From IMG/VR virus record IMGVR_UViG_3300010399_000033, positions 32,001-96,000 of that record: 64,000 nt of DNA, one strand, 5' to 3'. Origin of the DNA: a virus. This document shows, one piece after another, positions 26,720 to 35,430 of the stretch (the stretch's first letter is position 1; every line of letters begins with the position of its first letter). The notes under the pieces are model-generated. The model was not told the origin of the DNA and did no database searches. It saw nothing but the letters and a program-made list of their open reading frames with translations. The translations under genes were made by a program, and so were the position numbers.

Positions 26720-27196
26720 TTAACTCTCCCTGATACGGACGATCCATTGCATCATGCCGCCGCGCGCGTATCCGGGGAATGCTCGATTGATCGCGGCCGG
26801 CAGGCGGTGGATGTGTCCCATCAGCGTCCGCGCGGTGACGGGATATCCCGCGTTGGTCATATCCTTGTAGAGAAGCTCAACCCCCATGCGCAGCACGACG
26901 ATCTGTCCTTGTCGCTGCGGGTGAGCATTCCGCAGATAGGTTAGCAGTCCGGGCAGCTTCTGCCGAAACCTGGAATCGATCGCCCGCATCAGCACGCCGG
27001 CATGCGGACACTCGACGCCCATGCCGGTCAGCGTTCGCGCGATCGCGTCAACCACCATGACTTCGCCGGACTCCGCCTCCTCGGTGCCGTCTATGGAAAG
27101 CTGCAGCAGTGCGCGAGCGCGGGCGATCAATCGCGTCAGCTGCTCGTGCGTCAGCTGTGGCAGCAGTGCGTTGATCTGCTCAGCTGGCGTGGTCAT
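26720..27196 (-). CDS. Hypothetical protein
   Basis: ATG at 27196; ...AFPGYARGG... Confidence 0.65.
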   Translation of the reverse strand: MTTPAEQINALLPQLTHEQLTRLIARARALLQLSIDGTEEAESGEVMVVDAIARTLTGMGVECPHAGVLMRAIDSRFRQKLPGLLTYLRNAHPQRQGQIVVLRMGVELLYKDMTNAGYPVTARTLMGHIHRLPAAINRAFPGYARGGMMQWIVRIRES

Positions 27197-27342
27197 GACT
27201 TCTTGCGCTCTTGTCGTTTCTTTGCCCGGCGCTGATGGCGATTGGTTGGATGCTCCCACGGGCGTTGCTTGTTCGGTTTATCTGATGGACCGCGACCGAT
27301 TGGAGCGATGGTCGCTTTGGTGATTCCACGTCGAGCCTTCAT
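27193..27342 (-). CDS. 49-aa basic protein
   Basis: Not in the ORF track. ATGA overlaps at both ends; NRHQRRA basic tail. Confidence 0.5.
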   Translation of the reverse strand: MKARRGITKATIAPIGRGPSDKPNKQRPWEHPTNRHQRRAKKRQERKKS

Positions 27343-27788
27343 ACTCGTTTCCCCTCCAGGCATGCGGCGCAGATGTCCAGACCGCGCGTGTCGCGGCGGA
27401 TCTCAGGATTGCTGAGTTGGGAGGCGACGAGCAGGCCGCACGCCGAGCCGCTGTCGGTCCACACATGCGCGAGCAGCGCGTACTGGTTCCGGATGATGTA
27501 GCGCGGGCCCAGTCGCTTGCGCGGTGGAGGATTGCAAGCAGGTCGTGCGGCTGTGCTTGCTTGCCGAGATGATTCGGCTGGCGGGAGTACCTTAAGCCTG
27601 TCGGCCGGGACGTTCAGCGTCATCAGCTCGCCGCAACGGATGCAACGAAACCGCGTGGTGGGTTTGACCCGCTCGCGATCGACGAGGCCTAGGCTGCCGC
27701 ACTTGAGGCAGAGCACGGCCCGCTTGTTCGGCGGAACGAACACAGCCTTCGCTTTGCGTGGCACAGCGTTGTACGTATTCTTACTCAT
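27339..27788 (-). CDS. Zn-finger hypothetical protein
   Basis: CLKC...CIRC and H...C...CAAC motifs. Confidence 0.55.
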   Translation of the reverse strand: MSKNTYNAVPRKAKAVFVPPNKRAVLCLKCGSLGLVDRERVKPTTRFRCIRCGELMTLNVPADRLKVLPPAESSRQASTAARPACNPPPRKRLGPRYIIRNQYALLAHVWTDSGSACGLLVASQLSNPEIRRDTRGLDICAACLEGKRV

Positions 27789-27808
27789 CCCCTGCCCATC
27801 TGTGGTGC

Positions 27809-28430
27809 CCACCGGTGCGCGCGAGCGCGCGGAGCATGGGTTCTACTGCCTCATATCGCCCGGCGCACCGGTGGCGACCGCACGAGCATGGCGGAGCATT
27901 CCAGGGATTGACAAGGGCGGGGATTATCGGGGACAAAAGAAATGCCCCGGCGATGCGTGTCACATCCCGGGGCGGAGATCCGTGTTTAGGGCTGGCAGGC
28001 CTCACGGAAACTGCGAAGACGGTACACGAAGTTGCCTCTCCGCGCAATCCCTCCCCCGCCAGAAAATCGGACACGACATGCCCATCCCGGGTGAACCCGG
28101 GGTCCACCAGCAGGAAGCTCGGGAGACGAGCGACCGGACGGGCCACCCAATCAGTCCGAGGTCGTGCGCCACTTCCGCGTGGGGGACCGAGAGACCCGCA
28201 GGTCATTGAACCTGACCGGGAGTGGGGAACAGCGCCGCGTGGATGCGCTGTCTCTCCTGCCGTCGAGAACTTAGCCATGGGGAGTCACGAGGCGCCACAG
28301 CTCGACCCGCCTCAAGATGACTGTCCTTCCTCTGGGAAGGTTTAGGGCTCCCACCCACGCTCAGCCAAAGTGACCAGGCTCCGCCAGTTGCAAAAGCTCA
28401 TACCATGGTCCTTGCTAGGCCATGGTATGC
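27809..28430. other. Hairpin-rich non-coding strand-switch region (origin, regulatory region or ncRNA candidate)
   Basis: No credible ORF. Inverted repeats CCACCGGTGCGC/GCGCACCGGTGG, GCCCCGG/CCGGGGC, ACAGCGC/GCGCTGT, CATACCATGG/CCATGGTATG. Confidence 0.5.
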
Positions 28431-28557
28431 CTGCTTCCCTCACCTGCCGTTGCAAACCAGTTCAGGTTTTCCTCATTGTCCTGGCCAGCCCTGGAAGGAT
28501 TTTAAGCTAGCGGAGATATGACCAGCTGTGATGGAAAAATCCTGGCGGAGAACTCAG

Positions 28558-28776
28558 ATGTCGAGGAAATGGGAATACTATACAGAGACTTTGACTGGTG
28601 GCCCTGACGGATGGGTCAAGGACCTGGACCAGCTAGGCCAGGAGGGGTGGGAGCTGGTCCAGGTGGACTTTACTTCATTTCCTCACGTAGCTGTGCTGAA
28701 GCGGCCAGCAGATGTGTCGGATGATCTTGGAATGGGGGATCTTGCAGACCGGGACTTGGACAAGGAGCGGCGATGA
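28558..28776 (+). CDS. DUF4177-like protein
   Basis: KWEYY...LDQLGQEGWELVQV. Confidence 0.7.
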   Translation: MSRKWEYYTETLTGGPDGWVKDLDQLGQEGWELVQVDFTSFPHVAVLKRPADVSDDLGMGDLADRDLDKERR

Positions 28777-29006
28777 AGCGAGCGCGCAAGAAGCTGAATG
28801 TGTGGGGTGGGCTCGTCATGCTTCCCGAAGGCCAAACGCGCGTGCTGGTTGCGACCAAGACACAGGCCGAGGCCGCGCAACTGTTTGGCGAGTCCGTCTA
28901 TCACTTTCGAGAACACATGACGCAGACGTTCAACAAGGACGAGATCGCGCTGGCGCTGGGATCTCACGGCGTCCGGCTTTATCCGAAAGGAAGGGGAAAC
29001 CGATGA
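28773..29006 (+). CDS. Hypothetical protein
   Basis: AAGGAG RBS, ATGA coupling. Confidence 0.6.
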   Translation: MKRARKKLNVWGGLVMLPEGQTRVLVATKTQAEAAQLFGESVYHFREHMTQTFNKDEIALALGSHGVRLYPKGRGNR

Positions 29007-29263
29007 TTTTTGAAGCCAAGGCTGAGCATGAAGTCGCTTACCAGGAACTCGCGGAGCTGATTCACCGACATGCCGACAGCATGACTGCACTGGAAGTGTT
29101 GGCGGTTGCTGCAAATATTGTTGGCAAGCTGGTGGCACTGCAGGACCAACGCACAATCACTGCTGAGCAGGCGCTGGAAGTCGTAGCGCGCAACATCGAA
29201 CTCGGCAATCGCCAAGTGCTCGGCCATCAGCAGGAACTTGTGGGAGGCAAAGTAAATCGATGA
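29003..29263 (+). CDS. Hypothetical protein
   Basis: ATGA coupling, helical composition. Confidence 0.65.
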   Translation: MIFEAKAEHEVAYQELAELIHRHADSMTALEVLAVAANIVGKLVALQDQRTITAEQALEVVARNIELGNRQVLGHQQELVGGKVNR

Positions 29264-29481
29264 GCAGCAGCGTTTCCGACAAGCTGAAGGCGCTCAAGTG
29301 CGCGCACAAAGCGCTTCGTGCGATGTCAATCATCTCTGGGAGCAGCTCCGCCGATCAGCATCTCACAGTACTTTCCGAGGTCGTCGATGAGTACGAGGAA
29401 AAAGCCGAGGCCGAGGAAGCAGCCAATCTGGCAGAATTGGAAAGAGTGACCGCGGATTTGAAACGGAGGAAAAACCAATGA
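29260..29481 (+). CDS. Hypothetical protein
   Basis: ATGA coupling. Confidence 0.55.
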   Translation: MSSSVSDKLKALKCAHKALRAMSIISGSSSADQHLTVLSEVVDEYEEKAEAEEAANLAELERVTADLKRRKNQ

Positions 29482-30464
29482 GCAGAAAACCGAACGAGCA
29501 ACTGGCCCGAACCATTCTTGACGGACCGCAGGGCCAGCTTATCCGCACGCTGGTGCTGCAGGAGCAGTCGCCGGTTTCGGATGCGGAGCTGGCAGAACTG
29601 ATCAAGCAGCTGAAGGATTACGGCGACACTCTGCAGAAGATCGGCGAGCGCAATGTCTCAAGCCATTATCAAGACGTGGCAAGGGCCGGGCAGCAGAGAC
29701 TGGACTGGGCGGCGATGGTCAAGAAGGCCGCCGACATCCTCGCCGCTCAGGACGCCACGATTTTGGGCGTGCGGGGGAGAGCAGCTGTACTTCAGGGGCA
29801 ACTTGATGGCGCCAATGAAAAGATTGAGCAGATGAATGCCATCGACCGTGAGGCCGCCGAGCACGTCGAAAGCGTGATCTGCATGCGCAGCGCGCACTTC
29901 ACCGGAGAGGATCCGTATGTGGGATGGAAGGGTCTAGGACTTGCTCTGACGCAGGACTACGATGACCTCGCGATCAAGGAAGCACAGCTTACCGCGGCTC
30001 GCGCCCTGCTCGACGATGTCTTGCGGAAGCATTCCGATGTCAATAAGCAGCTGGAGCATGTCCTGTCCGACTATGTGCATTGGTTGGACGCACGCATGCA
30101 GCGCGCCGGCCGGTCGAGTACAACGCCGGATCAACGTATTGAGGCGGCCAAGCGGAAAATCGTGGATACGTCACACCTTCCGGGCCACACGAACCTGGTG
30201 CATGTCGAACTGAAGAAGGTCGTTCCCACTTCAGACAAGGAAGCGTCGGCGCTGACGGACAGGGAGATTCAGATAGATTACACGCTTCACTGTCAGCTGT
30301 GGGACGCAAGAAGCGCGGACGACGACGGATACAGCGGATCCCCCGGCGAATGGATCGTCGAGCGCCTCGACGAGCTGAAGACCGCAGCCAAGGAACGCGG
30401 CATCACGCTGGTCGAACCGCCTCATGTCGTGTCGGCGCTGGACAAAAATGACGAGGTCGATTGA
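29478..30464 (+). CDS. Coiled-coil hypothetical protein
   Basis: 328 aa, GGAGG RBS, FTGEDPYVGWKGLGLAL segment. Confidence 0.65.
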   Translation: MSRKPNEQLARTILDGPQGQLIRTLVLQEQSPVSDAELAELIKQLKDYGDTLQKIGERNVSSHYQDVARAGQQRLDWAAMVKKAADILAAQDATILGVRGRAAVLQGQLDGANEKIEQMNAIDREAAEHVESVICMRSAHFTGEDPYVGWKGLGLALTQDYDDLAIKEAQLTAARALLDDVLRKHSDVNKQLEHVLSDYVHWLDARMQRAGRSSTTPDQRIEAAKRKIVDTSHLPGHTNLVHVELKKVVPTSDKEASALTDREIQIDYTLHCQLWDARSADDDGYSGSPGEWIVERLDELKTAAKERGITLVEPPHVVSALDKNDEVD

Positions 30465-30523
30465 CTTCGTCTGCGGTACGTGTTGTATCGTGTGTGGAAC
30501 AACTGCTGACTCGCGGGCGGAAC

Positions 30524-30751
30524 ATGTCAGTGAAATCAGAGCCATCTGTCGCATGGGCACGACTCGCTCGCGAGTTGCGAGCGGATCGCGATGAAATGCA
30601 GCGTTCCTTCCGCGATACGGCACGTCTCGCCGGTGTGAGTCTGGCAGCGTATCAGCGTGCCGAGACTGGACGTCCCGTCGACAGCCGAAACTTCCTCCTG
30701 CTGTGCGATTGGATCGATGCCGATCCTCGCTCCTTCCTGGAAAAGACGTGA
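30524..30751 (+). CDS. XRE-family HTH protein
   Basis: SFRDTARLAGVSLAAYQRAETG. Confidence 0.7.
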   Translation: MSVKSEPSVAWARLARELRADRDEMQRSFRDTARLAGVSLAAYQRAETGRPVDSRNFLLLCDWIDADPRSFLEKT

Positions 30752-30803
30752 CCCCTCCCTCCAATATGACCAATGCGTGTGGGAAAAGCAGGAGACGCGT
30801 CAG

Positions 30804-31283
30804 ATGAGAACGTGGCTTCACGCCAAGACCGGGCGCCGGTACATCGAGATTGGACGAGGTCCGCTATCCGTATCGGCCGGGCCCGGACTGCAGGAGAATG
30901 ATCGTGTCGTTGCCTACCGGCCCGAGGCCCCGGCCGGCGAGGACATCTACTTTCGAGGCGAGCGCGAGTTCGACGACGGCCGGTTCGTTTTGCTGGACAG
31001 TCGTCCCGATGACGATGGCATCGCAGTCAAGGTCGATGTGATCGCGGCAGCCGACGCTGGACACCGCCTCGACGAGGCGCGCGGCGAGTTCATCAAGTGG
31101 GTGCTGCACAGTGCATTCATCTCAGGTGTGGCGGGAAACGATATCGGGCAAAAGATTGTTCACAAGGCAATTGATCTTGGAGTGGCTCGCAAGGAGCACT
31201 ACGATTCGGTGAATGATCATTCCGGACGACCGTTCACTGAACCGCATGGAACTCCATGGATTGTCGTGATGGTGACAGAATGA
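30804..31283 (+). CDS. DUF1653-like domain protein
   Basis: WLHAKTGRRY...VVAYR...YFRGEREFDDGRF. Confidence 0.6.
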   Translation: MRTWLHAKTGRRYIEIGRGPLSVSAGPGLQENDRVVAYRPEAPAGEDIYFRGEREFDDGRFVLLDSRPDDDGIAVKVDVIAAADAGHRLDEARGEFIKWVLHSAFISGVAGNDIGQKIVHKAIDLGVARKEHYDSVNDHSGRPFTEPHGTPWIVVMVTE

Positions 31284-31423
31284 CCAAGCAACGCATGTCG
31301 GGGAGCGAGGTGGATGCCGTGTCCCGCTGGGGACGTCGCTATCTGCGCTGGCGTGCCGGCCAGCGCGCGTGGTGGAAACGCAAACTGCGGCGCCGCATCC
31401 GGCGCGGAAGGATCGAGCAATGA
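31280..31423 (+). CDS. 47-aa Arg/Trp-rich basic protein
   Basis: Not in the ORF track. MTKQRMSGSEVDAVSRWGRRYLRWRAGQRAWWKRKLRRRIRR, ATGA overlaps. Confidence 0.55.
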   Translation: MTKQRMSGSEVDAVSRWGRRYLRWRAGQRAWWKRKLRRRIRRGRIEQ

Positions 31424-31623
31424 CGCAAGCAGTGAAACGCGATACCGGCCCGTGGACTTTTGAGCTGCAAGGAACCAGCGTGGTGATCATGTTCGATTGC
31501 GGCTCGGATCAAGGCGCTGCGGAGATGTATGAAGCGTTTTGTCAGGCAGCTGCGACAGGGTCCGTGGTCCATTTTGAGCTGAATGGTGCCGAGATCACGC
31601 CACCCGGGACGATTGTCCAATGA
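31420..31623 (+). CDS. Hypothetical protein
   Basis: ATGA coupling at both ends. Confidence 0.55.
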   Translation: MTQAVKRDTGPWTFELQGTSVVIMFDCGSDQGAAEMYEAFCQAAATGSVVHFELNGAEITPPGTIVQ

Positions 31624-32046
31624 CCGCGATCACCTGGTTTCGAGGCCGTTACGGCTTCCTGTCGAACTTCTTTCCAGCGAAGATCCGTTACGGGGAGCAC
31701 GAATACCCGACCGTGGAGCACGCCTACCAGGCGATGAAGTCGCTTTCGCCTGTGGAGCGACACGCCATATGGATGGCGTTGACGCCGGGAAAGGCGAAGC
31801 GCCTCGGCCATCGGGTGCAATATCCGCGTCCGGACTGGCATGAATACAAGCTCCCCGCTGATGAATGAGCTTGTGCGGATCAAGTTCGAGGATCCTAAGC
31901 TTGCGGCGCTGCTCGTCGCAACATCGCCGCTCGACCTGATCGAAGGCAATGAGCATGGTGACGTGTTCTGGGGACAATGCCCGATCGGCGACGGCGAGAA
32001 CCATCTTGGCCGCATTCTCATGCGCGTTCGCGCGTCGTTGGGGTGA
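31620..32046 (+). pseudogene. NADAR (YbiA-like) family protein split by a +1 frameshift
   Basis: FLSNF...YPTVEHAYQAMK...AKRLG...RPDW in one frame; MNELVRIKF...LIEGN...DVFWG...GENHLGRILMRVR in the next; the break is at the CCCC run 31853-31856. Confidence 0.88.
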
Positions 32047-32048
32047 GC

Positions 32049-32672
32049 ATGATCATCATTCCGGAAATCGAGCGAGTCGTCTTGCTGGTCCCGCGCACCG
32101 GCTCGGGGTCGTTGCGTAGGGCGATCGCCGAGAAGTACCCGCGCTCGTTCATGCTCTACCGCCACATGGAAGCCGACGGCGTGCCGCAGGGATACGATCG
32201 TTGGCCCCGGCTGGGCGTGGTGCGCAATCCGGTCGCACGCCTGTGGTCGCTCTACAAATTCCTGCCGCATGTCCATCGCTACGGCGACGGGCCGATTGAG
32301 CGGGCGTGGGAAGCGGCGCAACACGCCAGCGTTCGTGGAAAGGCGTTTGAGGAATGGATGCTCACCAATGAGACGCCGTTTGTCGGCACCGGGATATTTG
32401 CGATCACTGACTGTCGGCACGCGATGCCCGAGAACCGCAAAAGCCAGTGGGTCTATCTGCGTCCGGATCTTGGAACGAAGATCATCAAGTATCCGGAGCT
32501 TGCTCGACAGATCAAGGTTCATCTGGATGTCGACTTGACGGATCGACGTGAGAATGCGAGCAGATGCGACGCGGAGATGCCTGAACTGTCGGCGGAGGGC
32601 TGGTTCCACGTCGCCCAGATGTTCAGATGGGATATGCGGATGTGCGATGATGAGCTGGGAGTGCGCGCATGA
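32049..32672 (+). CDS. Sulfotransferase family-2-like protein
   Basis: LLVPRTGSGSL (5'-PSB loop) and VVRNPVARLWSLY (3'-PB motif). Confidence 0.75.
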   Translation: MIIIPEIERVVLLVPRTGSGSLRRAIAEKYPRSFMLYRHMEADGVPQGYDRWPRLGVVRNPVARLWSLYKFLPHVHRYGDGPIERAWEAAQHASVRGKAFEEWMLTNETPFVGTGIFAITDCRHAMPENRKSQWVYLRPDLGTKIIKYPELARQIKVHLDVDLTDRRENASRCDAEMPELSAEGWFHVAQMFRWDMRMCDDELGVRA

Positions 32673-33169
32673 CCGATGAGGAACCGCAGTGGATCTTGGC
32701 TCGTACCAAGGCGCGGCGCGAGCAGTACGCCGCCGAGAACATTCAGCGACAGGGCCTCCCTTTCTACTTGCCTTTCGCAGTAGATGCGCGGGACAAGATA
32801 GTCCCGATGTTCCCCAGCTACATTTTTGTTCGGATCACCGGCCGCTGGCGCTTTCTGGAGTCCACCTATGGCGTGGTCAGCGTGGTGAAACGTAGCGGGA
32901 CTCCGGAAATCGTGCCTCTGCCGATCATTCTGGAGCTGCAGGCGCGAGCTAACAGGAAGGGGATGATTGAGCTTCCGGACCCGGAGTTCACGCTCGGTCA
33001 GACTCTACTCGTCCGAACAGGACTATTGCAAGGCGAGACTTGCTGGTATAAAGGCATGACAGGGACGAGTCGCGTGGCTGTGCTGATGGAGATCCTGGGA
33101 GCAACCAGGGCTGTGACACTGCCCCTCGACGCCGTCGAAGCTGCGCCCGCGCCACTCCGGGTGCGGTAG
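32669..33169 (+). CDS. NusG/RfaH-like transcription antiterminator
   Basis: W...TK..RE..A..NI..QG..FYLP...PMFPSYIFV...STYGV NGN domain; KOW-like FTLGQTLLVRTGLLQG. Confidence 0.85.
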   Translation: MTDEEPQWILARTKARREQYAAENIQRQGLPFYLPFAVDARDKIVPMFPSYIFVRITGRWRFLESTYGVVSVVKRSGTPEIVPLPIILELQARANRKGMIELPDPEFTLGQTLLVRTGLLQGETCWYKGMTGTSRVAVLMEILGATRAVTLPLDAVEAAPAPLRVR

Positions 33170-33175
33170 CTTTAG

Positions 33176-33424
33176 ATGAGCACACCAGACCAAGAGATTC
33201 TTTCGCCGCGCGAGTCCGAGCCGCTCGTCCTTCCACACAAGGGGATGCAGCGCAGCGAGGTCGAAGGCTTCCTTTACGGTGTCGCCTGGATCCTGGCCGA
33301 GAACGGCGTGCCGCGCGAACGCATCAGCAAGATCATCCATGGACCAGCTGTTCAAAAAGCGAAGGAGCTTTGGCCTGACTTCGATATGACTACAGTGAGC
33401 AAACAAAAACGGGATGGTCCGTGA
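33176..33424 (+). CDS. Hypothetical protein
   Basis: Co-directional ORF. Confidence 0.5.
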   Translation: MSTPDQEILSPRESEPLVLPHKGMQRSEVEGFLYGVAWILAENGVPRERISKIIHGPAVQKAKELWPDFDMTTVSKQKRDGP

Positions 33425-34013
33425 AATGTTGAAGCTGTATCCGCGCGAGAACGACGTGGCTCAGTTGCTGATGCGAGGCATGTCGTCGAAGCAGATCGCC
33501 AAGGAACTGAATATCTCGTACTACACTGCTCGCTCGTATCGAGAACGTCTCTACCGGAAGCTCGGCGTCAGAAAGATCACACAGTTGATCCGTATCCTGT
33601 TGCAGGAGCCGAAGATCCTGGTCGACCGCTACGGACGCTCCGACACCGGAGGAATCAATTTGCACTTCTCGACCGTCTCGCAGCTGAAGGGGTCCGGAGG
33701 CCCGCCGACGCATCCGATCCCGTGCGAGGGAACGCACCGCCGGGAGATCTACGACAAGCTGCAGCAGAATCGCGGATGCCCTGTTCAGTTCAGCGGACGC
33801 AGCCTGCATAGCGTCATGCGCTCGCTGCGTGACGAATATGGGCTGGACATTCGCTGCACCCGCAAGGGCAATCAGCACAATCAGCCATCGTACATCCTTG
33901 TTGGCGAATGGTTCGGCGAGCGATATGAGGACTATGTGGCGGCGCGGATGGACGCGCCGAATGCGCCGGTAGCCCAATTGGCAGAGGCGGCGGGCCCAAA
34001 ATCCGTGCAATGA
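33414..34013 (+). CDS. LuxR-type HTH protein with C-terminal extra domain
   Basis: LYPRENDVAQLLMRGMSSKQIAKELNISYYTARSYRERLYRKLGV. Confidence 0.8.
   Translation: MVREMLKLYPRENDVAQLLMRGMSSKQIAKELNISYYTARSYRERLYRKLGVRKITQLIRILLQEPKILVDRYGRSDTGGINLHFSTVSQLKGSGGPPTHPIPCEGTHRREIYDKLQQNRGCPVQFSGRSLHSVMRSLRDEYGLDIRCTRKGNQHNQPSYILVGEWFGERYEDYVAARMDAPNAPVAQLAEAAGPKSVQ
33963..34006 (+). pseudogene. Partial (5' part) copy of tRNA-Leu(CAA)
   Basis: GCGCCGGTAGCCCAATTGGCAGAGGCGGCGGGCCCAAAATCCGT matches the acceptor, D and anticodon arms of the tRNA at 34166; the T-arm is missing. Confidence 0.75.
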
Positions 34014-34165
34014 GCTACCGCGATCCGCTAGAAGCCAAAGCATATGCTAGAAGGCACTATCAAAAGCATAAAGCTTTGTATAAAGCGAGATCGAAAGAAA
34101 ACAACAAGCGATCCAGGAAAATAGCTAGAGAGTTTATCAACATATACAAAGCTGGGCTGGGTTGT
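34010..34165 (+). pseudogene. N-terminal remnant of an HNH endonuclease
   Basis: AT-rich segment MSYRDPLEAKAYARRHYQKHK...FINIYKAGLGC, cut where CxxC would be expected. Confidence 0.55.
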
Positions 34166-34242
34166 GCGTCGGTAGCCCAATTGGTAGAGGCACTGCCCTC
34201 AAAAAGCAGTAAGTGGGAGTTCGAGTCTCTCCCGGCGCACCA
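34166..34242 (+). tRNA. tRNA-Leu(CAA), short variable loop, CCA encoded
   Basis: GCGTCGG TA GCCCAATTGGTAGAGGC A CTGCC CTCAAAA AGCAG TAAGT GGGAG TTCGAGT CTCTC CCGGCGC A CCA. Confidence 0.9.
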
Positions 34243-34247
34243 ACTGA

Positions 34248-34426
34248 TCGCGGCAGATGCCCTGGGCCGTTCCCGCTCGCGGTCGGTCTTGTCGACTAGG
34301 CATCTCGTTAAGCCCTCGGGAGGGGCCGCGACAAATGGAGTTCCAGCGGTGGCGAAAAGCCATGTGTGCGCCGCAAGACAGTCGGATGAGGCGTTGCGGT
34401 CCTGGTCGCCCTTCGGCCCGCTGGAA
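34248..34426 (+). ncRNA. Candidate structured RNA(s) downstream of tRNA-Leu
   Basis: Three-way junction TCGCGGC/GCCGCGA, AGATGCC/GGCATCT, CCCTC/GAGGG; second domain TTCCAGCGG/CCGCTGGAA. Confidence 0.4.
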
Positions 34427-34459
34427 TGGGGAATTCACTCGAAACCGGGAACTTGAGCT

Positions 34460-34873
34460 ATGAAGCACCAGGACATCAAGCAGCTCGACGGCGTGATCGC
34501 AGGCATGCCCACCCGCAAGGAGAAGCTGGATAGGTGGGCGGGGCTGGTGAGTTTGTACGATGGAGACCTTACTCCGCTGCATGCGGTGGAGTATACCGCG
34601 GTGACCACCCTGCGTTACGAGGGAGTCCTTAGTCAATGGGCTGGAAGGGTCGCCTACGAGGACCCGCTGTTTCGTGTCATGGGGCTCAAGTCGGCATCCG
34701 CCTGGGACGTGGTCGAGTTCTTCGAGCTGACGCGCCATGAACTGCACGAGATCAGCTGCGATTGCCAGCAGAAAGCCACGGCGGAGCGGACGGTCAAGGC
34801 CATTCAGGAAGCGCAGAACGCCGGAAGGATCAGCCAGGTCCGTGGGCGGCTGTGGCGGTGGTGGAACAGATGA
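34460..34873 (+). CDS. Hypothetical protein
   Basis: AYEDPLFRVMGL...FFELTRHELHEISCDC; codon usage fits the genome. Confidence 0.65.
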   Translation: MKHQDIKQLDGVIAGMPTRKEKLDRWAGLVSLYDGDLTPLHAVEYTAVTTLRYEGVLSQWAGRVAYEDPLFRVMGLKSASAWDVVEFFELTRHELHEISCDCQQKATAERTVKAIQEAQNAGRISQVRGRLWRWWNR

Positions 34874-35013
34874 GCTGACTCGCTGGCTCGCGCGTGCCGG
34901 CAAATGGCCATGTCAGTCCTTGCGAAGAACGGAGGGCGGGTCGGCCAGGATCGTGGCCCCGTGATCAAGGACGAAACGGGGCGCCTAATTCCTCTAGAAT
35001 AGTGAGCTGGGAG

Positions 35014-35175
35014 ATGAGCAGATTTCAGTGGTTTGTGGCGGTGACGCTTGGCTTGGGGCTTGGTCTGGCCTGCATCGCGCTGGTGAATATCCTGGTTTCG
35101 GACGTTCCTGCAGGACGTCGGATTGCGCCCAAGACTTGGCCGACCCAGGCGCGGATGATGGTGGGTCTGAGATGA
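35014..35175 (+). CDS. Small single-TM protein
   Basis: FQWFVAVTLGLGLGLACIALVNIL. Confidence 0.45.
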   Translation: MSRFQWFVAVTLGLGLGLACIALVNILVSDVPAGRRIAPKTWPTQARMMVGLR

Positions 35176-35393
35176 GCGTCGCACCCATCACCCAGCTGCT
35201 GATTCCCTGGGCCAGCATGGCGCCGCATGCGCGCTACTTCGTTGTCGCGTTGCACGATCGGATCACCTTCTGCGACTATAGTGTCGCGGAGCTTGTCGAC
35301 GACAGGTGGCAGGTCACGCAGCATGGTCGGAGCGCCTTCGGAGAGGCACATCGCTTTGTCTCCATGACGATGGCAGCTAAGCTAAGCGAATAA
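35172..35393 (+). CDS. Hypothetical protein
   Basis: ATGA coupling. Confidence 0.5.
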   Translation: MSVAPITQLLIPWASMAPHARYFVVALHDRITFCDYSVAELVDDRWQVTQHGRSAFGEAHRFVSMTMAAKLSE

Positions 35394-35430
35394 GCTAACA
35401 GGTTTTTTCCAACTTAGATTAGTAACCGCA

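Noticed and set aside
34010-34456. 148-aa ORF as a real full-length protein
   Set aside because: Only the first ~52 codons look like an HNH N-terminus. The remainder reads through the tRNA-Leu and the structured downstream sequence.
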